DNA of 64,000 bases. Source: Lama guanicoe. Its lineage: Eukaryota. The notes below the pieces were generated by a model. It searched no databases. It saw only the letters and a list, made by a program, of their open reading frames with translations, and was not told the origin of the DNA. A program made the position numbers and the translations under genes. The stretch covers positions 4,031,802 to 4,095,801 of the forward strand of contig MU054400.1 of assembly GCA_013239625.1 (NCBI GenBank), in the 5' to 3' direction. Each line of letters begins with the position of its first letter. Position 1 is the stretch's first letter. Positions 1 through 10,724 of this stretch are shown one piece after another.

Positions 1-469
1 TTTCCTTTGAGACTTTCTCTTTGATTCATGAATTTTAAAAAGAAAAGTTGTTATCATTTAGTTTTCAAGTCTTTGGAGATTAAAAGACTTTGTATTGGAT
101 TCTAAAATTCTTTCATGAAAAAAAATCTCATGTTCTCTAACACTGCTAACATAATATGGCCACAGCTGACCAAAAGTGGCAGATTTCTTGGATATAGGGA
201 GGCTGTGCTGTGAGATTAGGTTGAAGTGCCATCTGATCAGGGCACAATTTGCCCTTGGATTTCCTTTCTTCTCAGGGAGGTGCCTTAGATCCTTGATTGC
301 TACACTTTGGCCCAGACTTGCAGCAATGGCTGATGGGCCACCGATGACCATGTTTTTGTGGAGCCTGGAGAGTTTCCTCCTTTCAGTAATATCTTCACTG
401 GAGATCATAGACAAAGTGCGAAACAAATTAAATGAGAATAAGCCATGTCAAAATGAAAGCTCTCTGGAA

Positions 470-757
470 ATTTAAGTGCATATTAATAAGTGAAAGAAGC
501 CAATCTGAAAAGGTTACATATTTTATGATTCCAACTATATGACGGCCTGGAAAAGGGAAAACTATGGACACGGTAAAAAACAAAACAAAACAAAAAAACT
601 ATGGACACAATCAATGGTTGCCAGGGTTAGGGGAAAGAGAGGGATGAATAGGCAGAGCACAGAGGAATTTTAGGGCAGTGAAACTATTCTGTATGATACT
701 ATAATGGTGGACAAACATCACTGTACATTTGTTAAAATCCTTAGTATGTACAACACC
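470..757 (+). mobile_element. Old L1 (L1MC-like) 3' UTR fragment
   Basis: AAGTGAAAGAAGCCAATCTGAAAAGG...GATGAATAGGCAGAGCACAGAGGA...GGGCAGTGAAACTATTCTGTATGATACTATAATGGTGGA resembles recalled L1MC 3' end. Confidence 0.8.
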
Positions 758-1190
758 AAGTGTGCCCATCAGGGTTTGAGTAGATAAACAAAATGCGGTG
801 TATACACACAATGGAAGAGTATTTATTTTAGCCTTAAAAAAGCAAGGAAATTCTGACACATGCTACAACATGGATGGACCCTGAGGACATTATGCTAAGT
901 GAAATAAGTCAGTCATAAAAAGACAAATACTGTAGGATTCCACTGGATACCGTAGTATCCAGAGTTGTTAAAATTCGGAGACAGAAAGTAGAATGATGCC
1001 TAGCGGGGGTTGGGAGAAGAGGGGAATCCGGAGTTATTCACTGGATATAGAGCGAAACAAGAGGCAAGATGAAAACTTCTGGAGGTTCATTGCATGACAA
1101 CGTGCATATACTTAACACTACTGAATTCTGTGCTTAAAAATGATTCAGTGGTAAATTCTATTTGTGTATCTTACCCTAATGAAAACTTTT
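758..1190 (+). mobile_element. L1 (L1MB-like) ORF2 end and 3' UTR
   Basis: GGAAATTCTGACACATGCTACAACATGGATG..CCTGAGGACATTATGCTAAGTGAAATAAG and GAGACAGAAAGTAGAATG, followed by A-rich tail. Confidence 0.85.
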
Positions 1191-1805
1191 AGAAAATTAA
1201 AAAGAAAATGAAAGAAACCAAAAGAAAGCTCTCTGAAGCAGAAGAAAGCTGACTGGCTTTGAAAGTTTGGCAGACTCCATTTAATTGAATCTGACCTCTA
1301 TTTGAATAGAGTCCTTGGCATTTTAGCTTCTAGTGGTTCCATGAAGGTTTTGGGTGGTGAGTGCTCTAGTCCTTTCTCTCACCAGTTATATTAGACTTCT
1401 CTGGTCAATTTTCCCAATAACCTAACAGAATTTTCACATGTGAGGCACTGAGAGTGCACTGAAAAGACAGGCAGAGGCATATCGTGGCCCTGAGGGGATC
1501 ATAAACAAATGCAGACAGATGCTTGCTTACAGAGCGTGATCCTGTTCAGATAAAATAAGATGCAATTTGAAATCTAGTCTCTAATTCAGGCTTTAAAAAA
1601 AGACAAGTGTCATGGTTTTATTTATAGCTTATTTCTCAGTTCCAGCACCTTTCCTATCCAAGTTAAAACTAGTCCTCCCTCATGTCCAAAGTGTGCGGGG
1701 ATGACAAATGGCCCTGACTCATCGCCTCGCTGCATGTGAAATAAACACAGGAAAAGTGTGTTACGCTAACTTCTATTCAATAACATAAGCAAATGTTCAG
1801 CTTCA

Positions 1806-2009
1806 TTTTTTTAATTGGGGTAAAATGTACATGATATAAAATGGGCCGTTTTCACCACTCTTCAGGGCACAGTTCAGCACCATTAAGCCTATCCTCCTTA
1901 TTGTACAACTGTCGCCACTATCCGTCTCCAGAGCATCTTCTTCCTCCCAGACTGAAACTCTGCACCCGTGAAACAATAACTCCCCATTTCTGCCTCCACC
2001 AGCCCTTGG
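1806..2009 (-). mobile_element. L1MB-like 3' end fragment
   Basis: T-run then TTGGGGTAAAATGTACAT...ACTGAAACTCTGCACCCGTGAAACAATAACTCCCCATT, antisense L1 3' UTR. Confidence 0.75.
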
Positions 2010-2529
2010 TCCAGTTTGATTTTGTCATTTTATGGTAGGGGTTAGTTAAATGAACGCACAGCCTTGGGAAGCTTGTGAAATGCCTGCATGCTTCCACTCT
2101 CTGTTTCTCTTTTTAAAAATAATCCTTAAAAAAAATCCTATATAACAGACCTGAAAAAGTGTGTGCTAGATTTCCATTCCTATTTTTGTAGACTAGGGAG
2201 CGAAGGCCCAGGAAACTAGTACCGCTCCCTTTAACTGTGCTCAGGTCTTGCCCGGCTCTTCCCTCCCCAGGCAAGTTATCTGCCCACCAAGCACACCAGG
2301 CCCAGAGAACTGGGGCGTGTTTCGTGGCTCCTGTTGCTGACTCAAGCACTTGCCCGGGGCTTCGGGGAGGCCAGCCCCTCCCCACCCCGCAGGTATCTTG
2401 TGGCTACTTATACTGACGGTACTGCTTTAGCTGATGCTGTGCCTTGGTTATACCAACAAGGAACCAGACGCTTCTCCTAAGGGTGTTTAACCGCAAGGCG
2501 ATGAGGTCTCCAGCTCTGAAGGGCTCTTA

Positions 2530-2660
2530 GCCTGAGTTCCGGGCCTGACTTTTCCCTCTGAACGGCTGCTTGACTTTGGGCAGATGAGTTAGTCCCTGTA
2601 AATCTCAGCTTCCTCAACGGAAAGGAGCCTCGGTTTCCTCAGTGTGCAATGAGGATGAGC
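2530..2660 (+). mobile_element. MIR SINE fragment
   Basis: TGACTTTGGGCAGATGAGTTAG..CTCAGCTTCCTCA / CCTCGGTTTCCTCA MIR core-like. Confidence 0.55.
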
Positions 2661-3364
2661 GCATATTTGACATTTCCACTTAGATTTTCGATAAGCATCT
2701 CCAACTCAGCCGGGAAAAATGGAGCTCTTGATTTTCCTTCCTGGATTGGCTGCTTCTGCAGTTCTCTCCAGTCTGATAACGTATCATCGTCTGATAGTTT
2801 AGGACAGAAACCTAGAAGCTGCCCTTCATTCCTTTCTGTTCATTGATGGTGCACACATCCCACTTCTCGCCAACTTCACAGCCACCACCCTGGTTCAGGC
2901 CCAGTAAGGACCATGGAACTAGCCTCCCAACTGGTCTACTTGCTTCCATTCCCTTCTCTGACCCAACATTAATAATAAGGATAAGAATAAGACTCTTATA
3001 TAGTGCTGTCTATGCCAGCTGTGGCTCTAAGTGCATGACATATGCTCACTCATTTAATCCATATACTAGTTGTGGGCAAATCCCTTACTTGGCTCCATGG
3101 CTTCCCACTGTTTTAAGAATAGAATCCAAACTCCATATGTTGCTCTTGAATGATCAGACCCCTCCCTCCAGGCTCCTCTCCCCATTCTTTCTTTTCACTC
3201 CTTTCAAGCCAACTACACTGCCTTCCTTTTCTTCTCAAGTCTTTGCAGCTCCCCTCCCTTCTGTGCTGTCTCTGAACTCTTCTTATGACTAGCTTATTCC
3301 CTGCTTTAGGTCCTTGCTCACAAGATACCCACTTGGAGAGGCCTTCCCAACCCACTTGATCCTG

Positions 3365-3365
<1 letters not shown>

Positions 3366-3398
<33 letters not shown>
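3366..3398. repeat. (TG)16 microsatellite
   Basis: Perfect TG run read directly. Confidence 0.98.
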
Positions 3399-3400
<2 letters not shown>

Positions 3401-3837
3401 TTGATTTATAATGTTAGTTTCAGGTTGCAAAGTGATTCAATTACATGTAAACATATATATTCTTTTTCAAAATCTTTTCCATTATCGGTTATTGCAAGAC
3501 ATTGAATTTAGTTCCCTGTGCTATACAGTAGGTCGTTGTTGCTTATCTATTTTATATATAGTAGTGTGTATCTGTTAATCCTAAGCGCCTAACTTATCCT
3601 CCTTTCCCCTCTTTCCCCCTGGTAACCATAATCTGTTTTCTATGCTTGTTAGCCTATTTCTGGTTTGTAAATAAGTTTACTTGTATTATTTTTTAAAAAC
3701 TCCACATATAAGTGATACCATATGATATTTGTCTTTCTCTGTATGACTTATCTTTTTAGTATTATAACCTCTAGGTCCATCCGTGTTGCTGTAAATGGCC
3801 TTATTTCATTCATTTTCATGACTGACTAATATGCCAT

Positions 3838-3872
<35 letters not shown>

Positions 3873-4188
3873 CTCACATCTTCTTTATTGTTACCTGTCA
3901 ATGGACATTTTGGTTGCTCCTGTGTCTTGGCTATTGCATATAGTGCTGCTGTGAACATTGGGGTGCAGGTGTCTTTTTGAATTAGAGCTTCCTTCAGGTA
4001 TATATCCAGCAGTGGGATTGCTGGATCATATGGTAAGCCAATTTTTTTTGTTTTTTAAGGAACCTCCATACTGTTTTCCATAGTGGCTGCACCAATTTAC
4101 ATTCCCACTAACAATTTACATTCCCACTAACTAGGAGGGTTCCCTTTTCTCTGCACCCTCTCCAGCATTTATTATTTGTAGACTTTTG
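3398..4188 (-). mobile_element. Cetartiodactyl-type L1, 5'-truncated (ORF2 C-terminus + 3' UTR)
   Basis: TAGTTGATTTATAATG..AGTTCCCTGTGCTATACAGTAGG..CCACATATAAGTGATA..GGGATTGCTGGATCATATGG..GGAACCTCCATACTGTTTTCCATAGTGGCTGCACCAATTTACATTCCCAC; internal (TG)n(TA)n at ~3838-3872. Confidence 0.92.
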
Positions 4189-4436
4189 GTTCTTTATCAC
4201 ATCATCAAGTTGTTATCTGAGCAATGCTTATCAGAGTTTGTACTGATCTTGTTTCTTCATTTATATGGTTGTTTACATTTTGTTGTTTCCACTGGGCTGT
4301 AAAATGTAAGAGGTCTGTTACTTCATCTATGGAGGCTCCCAGCCCCCAAGGATCATCAGGAAAACTTACACTGATCATATAATTCTCATGGATGTCTTCT
4401 GTTTAGAAAAATCTTTCTAGTACATTTGATTAAAAA

Positions 4437-4541
4437 AACTTTTAAAATTGAAGTATAGTTGATTTACAATATTGTGTTAGTTTCTGATGTACAGCATAGT
4501 GATTCAGACTCTTTTCCATTATAAGTTGTTACAAGATATTT
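4437..4541 (-). mobile_element. Short L1 3' end
   Basis: AATTGAAGTATAGTTGATTTACAATATTGTGTTAGTTTCTGATGTACAGCATAGTGATTCAG. Confidence 0.85.
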
Positions 4542-4724
4542 TACCATTTAAATGAGTGCCAGCTTCCCTGAGAAGCATCTTGCCATAGAGTGATGTAAAG
4601 AAAGTCAGGATGTTATCTGACTGAAGACACCATCCAAGGATTAAACCAGTGATGCCAAGGGATTTTCTTGTTCCTGGGCTGACATGAGCCTTTCTTTCAG
4701 GTAACTTTGCTCCTGTGAATCACA

Positions 4725-5082
4725 CTGAGGTAGTCATTAGACCACACACTAAGAACCACTTCTTTCCTTCCAGGCACGTGGAAGGCTAAGTTTTTTGTCC
4801 TTGCCTGTGGTTGGGTGGACCCATCCAACCAGCTTTGGCCAATGAGTTGTGGATGAAGTTATGTGTTGCATATTCATGTTGGGGCTCACTTCCAACCTTC
4901 CTTCTTTCCTTGGAGATGAAGCCCCCCTCAGGTTGGGTTCTTGAGTGAGGATGATAAAAAGGAGGGTGTTCCACGTGAAGGTCATACAACATAGTTGGGA
5001 AATCAGCCTTTGTTGCTTTCAGCCACTGATACTGTAAGAGTGTTTGTTACCATGGTATAACATAAGCTGTTCTAATTAGTGC
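4725..5082 (+). mobile_element. MaLR solo LTR (MLT1-like)
   Basis: TTTGGCCAATGAG..., 3' end CTTTGTTGCTTTCAGCCACTGA..TGTTTGTTACCATGGTATAACATAAGCTG..TAATTAGTGCA. Confidence 0.75.
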
Positions 5083-5356
5083 ACTTCTTTTACACCTAGC
5101 AAGAGGACAACCCAATGCAGTGTAAAGAGATGGCATACCCAGATTATAGTCTATTTCAGGGAAAAAAGGAGGGACTTCCCAAAGCTGGTAACTGGGTTTC
5201 CTGAAGATTGAGTCTCTACATTGCAATCTGCTCTTTTCTCCATAAGACTCCACTGTACTCTCAGAGTGCTGAATATCATGGATATTTGTTGCATAACATA
5301 AGGATTAGATGGGATGGTAATTGTGTACTAGAGCTGAGAAGCTGTATAAAGTGTAA

Positions 5357-6022
5357 TGTTAACTGAACTCAGGTTCAGCTGCTTGTTGCTCAAGAATCCA
5401 ATACTGAGAGACAAGTGTCAGGTAAAAGGAAAGATAGCTTTATTGAGGAAGCTGGCAATCCTGGTGGGAAGGTGGACCCATGTCCCAAAGAATCAACTCC
5501 CCACTGTCGATCCAAGGGCAAACTTTTAAAGGGGAGTTTCAAAGGGGTACTGGTTGTGGGGAGGGCTTCGTGCAGCACAGCACAGTTAGCTCCAACGGTC
5601 ATCATGAAATTGGTCATGTGGTGGTTTGATTAACATCATTCTGATTTTTTAAGGTATCATTAATTTTTAATTCTTGGCTTGGTCTGTTCCCATTTCCTTG
5701 AGGCTAGTTCTTGGAATTGTGCAAGATGAAACAGCTTCTGTCATGGCTATAGACTGGTTAGCATGCAGTTAACTTCTTTCATCTGGTGGGGGTTTCAGTG
5801 TCTGCAAAACAGCTCAAAGAATATGGCTCAGAATATTACCTACTGCTCTTGAGGAGGAACTAAAGGTCCTTAACCTTGTTTAATGGCTAAACGTATTATT
5901 TTGTCTTATTTGACTATTTTCCTTTGCTTCTGTATTTTCTCATCTCTCTGATTAAATTTATTCTTTGGCTAAAGTATTTCTACAGAGAAGAGGCAGGCAG
6001 AGGACAGTGTGGAGGAGGGATG
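5357..6022 (-). mobile_element. ERV1-class (MER4/MER41-group-like) solo LTR, one end truncated
   Basis: Begins TGTTAACTGAACTCAGGTTC..CCAATACTGAGA..GCTTTATT (poly(A) signal on minus strand); same layout as the LTR at 18692. Confidence 0.7.
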
Positions 6023-6034
6023 TCTTATTTAATA

Positions 6035-6130
6035 ATGCTTGCTCACTAAACTAGACTGCCAAATCCATGATGACAGGGATCAAATCAGTTTATCACTGAG
6101 TCCCTAAATAAATAAGAATGAATGAATAAA
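6035..6130 (+). mobile_element. L2 3' terminus
   Basis: CTAGACTG..TCCATGATGACAGGGA.. ending GAATGAATGAAT. Confidence 0.55.
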
Positions 6131-7383
6131 TATATGTAGGTGTGTATCACTGGGCATTTCCTGAGTGTTTCAGTGGCTGGGGAGCAGCTCTCTATGTCAA
6201 AGAGCACAGAGGGGAGAGATGAGAATGTGGGGTGAAGGAAGGAGGGAGAGTGTGATGTGGTTCACAAGTCATAGCAAGCAGATTTCTTGACTCAGAGCTC
6301 AGACAAGAGAAATCTGTACACTTAAAATCACAGACCGGAGAAATGTTTGCAAATATACCACCATGACATCAAATACAAAAGTATGTTTCAGTGACATAAA
6401 AAATGAAACCTATGCATTATATATTGGCCCTAACTCAAGGCTAGATGCCAGCTAAAACCAAAACCACTGCAGCTGGCTGTCCTGGTTTAGCTTTGGCCTA
6501 TGTAAAACACATATGCATCTGTCTTCATTTTCAAAGATGTCAGCAATTTAGCCAATCGTTCAACACAGCAATGAGAGGTAAGTGATAACTTTAAAATCAT
6601 TTTAAGTAGCTTATAAGGTAAATATTGAGCTATTCATTATAAAATCTGCTACACATTTATACATAAATGGAAAGAATTACATTTCAGATCTAATATTGCT
6701 CTTAGTTCTTGTTCATTTTAAAAGTCTTTGGGTTGTAGCATCAGCTGTCTTTATGTCTTGGGATGGTGGCTTGAATCTTAAACACAGTTGGAGGCTTTTT
6801 CAAGCCATACTGTGTGTATAATTGACATAAGCTATTGAAAAATATTGTTGATACTGTAATTTTAATTCCAAAGTATTTCTAGGATGATGGAATTTGGATA
6901 CATGTTTGTAGAATTCTTACTATATCTTTAGAGCTAGAAAAGGTGTATAGGACTTGGTCTCTACCTTCATGGGGCTACAATTAATGAGAGAAGGCTAAAA
7001 GAGATGGGATGTTTTTGACTATTTTGTATAATTTAATATTATGCACCATATTATGTGATAACTACAGATACAGGAATATATAGGAGAGAGAAAAGTAAGC
7101 TGAATTAATCAGAGAAATTCTTCATGTGGACCTTACAGCTTGAGTTGGATATGGTACGCTGAGGATAAAGGGGAGGGCAAACTAGACAGGGGATGTGACT
7201 AATCTCTCATTCATAGTAACATGGGAAGGGGTGTGCACAGTGTGTGTCCCATTAAGATTAGAGGGTGTTTGGATGGGAGACCTGGGAAATATGGGAGGAT
7301 GGGTAAGGTAGGGCAAGACTGCAGAGAACTAGAAATCACCCATAAGAGACTTGTTGGAGGCAATGGGAAGCTATGAGAGTAAG

Positions 7384-7863
7384 TGTATCAGTTGAGATTC
7401 TTTGAGCTGCAAGTAATAGAAAACTTGACTACATGGCTTTAACAGAGAAAAAAAATATATATTATGACTTCACATAGAAGTCTAAGTGTAGAGCCTGGGT
7501 TGGCCCTTTTCCCTGTCTTTCTCTGATGGTTTGTTGTGAGGCTGGCTCTCCTCATGGTCACAAGATAGCTGCTACAGTTCCAGACATCACATCCAAGCAG
7601 TACAATGTCCTGATGACAAAGACAGGGCACTCAAAATGGCTTTTTTTCTCCCTTAATCAAAGAAGTAAACCATTTCCCAAATTCTCCTTAGATCTGTTTC
7701 CTATCCATTGGCCAGAATTGCATCACATGTGTATGTCTGAGGCAATTGCTGGCAGAAGGAATGTTGGAACCATCTTCCTTGAAGGTTATACAGAAAAAAG
7801 TGAGTCCCTGAGCAAATCTGAATTCTCTTAGAAGAGAGGAAGGGATATTGGCTACTGGCAATG
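7384..7863 (-). mobile_element. MaLR solo LTR (MLT1J/K/L-like)
   Basis: TGTATCAGTTGAGATTCTTTGAGCTGCAAGTAATAGAAAAC..CTCATGGTCACAAGATAGCTGC..CATTGGCCAGAATTGCATCACATG. Confidence 0.75.
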
Positions 7864-8950
7864 CAGATCAAGTTTTATGTTGCTGGGTGTTTATATACTT
7901 CGGGATCTATCTTTAAGAAAACATATGCAAGGTTATGAATAAAAAATTAGCAAAAAAAATAAATGAATAAAATAAGTAAAATAAATAAATAAAATAATAA
8001 CATTTTAAGCAACTACCTGGCACATCCCTATGAAACATTTTCTTCAAAAGCCTCTTCACCTGACAAACGATTTGTATATACTTTTTTATAGTGATGATAG
8101 AAAGATAATTCAGTCTTTTCTCAACATGGTAGATTAAAAAATTTTTTTTGAAACTGGTGGTAAAAAGTGTCTTTCGATTTGACAACTTGCTGTTTGTAAT
8201 GCCATTAAAGATTTAGGATTGTTGCTAAAATTGAAGACACTGTCACCCAATTTCTTTCATAAATGAATTGTAAAGTCTCAGGATATTTCAGGTTCTCTTA
8301 TGTCTTGTCCTGTATCGTGTGTGTTGACTAATCTCTTATTCATGACATTGATAAAACAGTTGGTTGTCCTCACTGTAGTGTGTGTATTGTGAGTTTTGTG
8401 CTAAATTTATTGACGTCGGTATTTTGTGCCAAATCATTAAGAAATTAAGATTGATTCCCATGTATTCACATGATTTGAATTATTAATCAAATCATCAAAT
8501 AATCAAAAAGTCTATTGGTAACTTTTATTCATAATGCATATTTCTTCTTAATGTATTACTGCTTAAGAAAAAAGTCCTGGATGTAATCCAAATGGTTCTT
8601 AAACCTCACTATTTGCTTTTAACCAATGCAGGTTTACCTTGCAGTGAACCACATAAACCTAGTCTACTAAACCCAGACTGAATGTATCCCCAACTTAACT
8701 TCCCCTTATCAGTACACCATAAACTACCCACAGACACCCTGCCACCATTCAAGAGGAAAGGAAGTGTGCGGGAGGGAAACTGGGCTGGAAAATGACAGTG
8801 GTCACTCCCAACCGTGCTGAAAATATCTTACACACATAAGTAACCTTGAAAGTGAGGTGCTTGCTTCTTCCCAGGGCTTGGAAGGGCGCCCGGTCGAGTG
8901 AGTGGCCTGGGAGTTTAAGCTTGAGTGGCTTCACAGTAAGTCTACCCCTG
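7864..8950 (-). mobile_element. hAT-Tip100 DNA transposon (Zaphod/MER115-like), internally deleted, with transposase C-terminal remnant
   Basis: Minus strand starts CAGGGGTAGACTTACTGTGAAGCCACTCAAGCTTAAACTCCCAGGCC (Zaphod-type end). ORF 7913-8185 contains KNFLIYHVEKRLNYLSIITIK, resembling the hAT dimerisation-domain motif. Other end near 7864 (CTTTAAGAAAA..TTATGAATA). Confidence 0.75.
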
Positions 8951-9935
8951 GCTCCCGGGGAGACAGCTGCCACGGTCTGCTCTCCTGATGTAAGGAAAGT
9001 TGAAAATCTTCAGGAGCAGTGAAGTGAGGAGAGGCTGGCAACAGGGATGTAGGAACCAAGCCAGAGCAGGGTTTCAGGAGGACCTGGACCTGGGAGAGGC
9101 AGTGGGCGTGTGGAATGGAGATGGGAGGCAGGAGACCCTGGAGGCAAGTCCCACAGCATCTGGTGAGTGAGCAGGTGTAGCGGGTCAGTGTGGGCTCCAT
9201 CAACGGCGCATCTCAGATAATAAAGGCTTGATCGGCAGGAAGCTGGGCATTACTGGTGGGGACAGAGAGGCTGGAAGGATGGGATTGTCGCATCCTATAG
9301 CAGGGCACAGGGGGACTTAGTTATGCCAGTCAGGAGGGGTTGAGATTTGAAGCTAGCTGAGCCCCCAGAAGATGCTGAAGGGCGGTTTATTGCAAGAAGT
9401 GACTTACTTGTGGTGTTTCCTTAGAATATGGCAAAGCTGGAAAGGAACCCAGTTTCTCTGACTCCAGTTCTTTTCTTTACCCCAGGCTGCTTCCCAAATA
9501 AAACCTTTACCTCACGCTAAGCATTCCAGGCTGGAAGAAGGCATTCATTCTTGCCGCAGGAGACCCTTCCTGGGAGGTGGCTCATGGTGGGTGGCTCTTC
9601 TCATCGATGATCTTATCAGTTGTAGGGAGTCTGTGCTGGGTGCTAAGAACATCCGTAAAACGGGCGGGAAGGAGAAACCTATTGTATTAAGTCTTTCTTT
9701 GTGGATTCAGTTTTCTCCCCTCTGCCTCCCACAGACACCTGGCATTGGTGCCAAAATATGCATTCTAGTCCCTAAAAGTAAAACTAGTTCTGCCAGAGAG
9801 AACTCTGACACTAGACTTTCTGTCTTTCCCCCTTTAAAAACCCGTTATCAAGTTTTCACCACGCAAAAGTAGAAGCATTTTAGTCTCTTGAAGTGGCTCA
9901 GTGATGATTTTTGGCAGCAGTTTTATAAAGGGAAT

Positions 9936-10070
9936 ATTCATTCATTCATTCATTCATTCATTCATTTCTTCAACAAATACTTATCAAATGCTGCAATGTG
10001 ACAGGCACTACACCTGACACCAAAGCAAGCACAGTCACCATTCCTGCCATCTTGGAGACTGCGGTTAAAG
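9936..10070 (-). mobile_element. L2 3' terminus with (ATTC)n tail
   Basis: (ATTC)7 then CAACAAATACTTATCAAATGC..TGTGACAGGCACT. Confidence 0.75.
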
Positions 10071-10179
10071 AAATTACGAACAGGTGTAAAATTGTAAAGG
10101 GGAGGCGCGTATTTGGCTGATAGCCAGCCACTGTGCACCAGAACTTCTGCAAAGGAGACTTAAACGCATCCGTGCTGGT

Positions 10180-10560
10180 CGTGGTAGATACTTCCCTCCG
10201 ATGCCCACCATCCTTTCCTTCCCTCTGTACGTATGCTGCTCCACCCACCAAGAGGTGAAGCCTTCCCTCTTCCTCCAGTTGGGCTGGCCTTGGGACTTGC
10301 TTTGGCTTAGGAGAAGGCTCTGAATGTATGCTATGAGACTTCTGAGCGACGGCCTTAAGAGGACTGCTGGTTTCTGCTTAAATCTACTCTTTGGGAAGCC
10401 ACTGCCAGCAGCAAATGCTTTTTGGTATAAGTATGTCCCCAGTTTATTCTGGCAGCCCTGTGTGTGAGGCAATGCCACATGGTACGTTCTGTGCAAGCAC
10501 GTTCCCATCAACAGAGGCGACCTTGAGCGAAGCTCTGCTTCTTGTAATGGAAGTGCCACG
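10180..10560 (+). mobile_element. MaLR LTR fragment (MLT1F/G/H-like)
   Basis: CCCACCAAGAGGTGAAG..TGGGCTGGCCTTGGGACTTGCTTTGGC..GGCCTTAAGAGGACTG. Confidence 0.65.
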
Positions 10561-10724
10561 TAGGACAGGTGTCAGTGTGCAGCTCGTTCCCGAAGGCTGA
10601 CACAGAGGAGTGATCAGATTCAGTGACTCAGGGGCCAGGGTTTGGGGTGGGGCGTTGCTAACCAGAGGCTGGGGTAAGACTGGGGTAACATGAGTAACAC
10701 GAGTCTCCGTTGGAGGGTGGGAGC

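Larger units (their letters stand above)
2665..4330 (+). mobile_element. L2 LINE remnant interrupted by a MIR (~2970-3068) and by the L1 at 3398-4188
   Basis: GACATTTCCACTTAGAT..AAGCATCTCCAACTCA, TAGCCTCCCAACTGGTCT, TGGCTTCCCACTG..AGAATAGAATCCAAACTCC, GAGAGGCCTTCCC are L2 motifs in order. Confidence 0.65.

Noticed and set aside
3113..3430. ORFs with HTHTHT/VCVCVC runs (also 13406, 17346, 29265, 54818-55171)
   Set aside because: Translations of (CA)n/(TG)n microsatellites.
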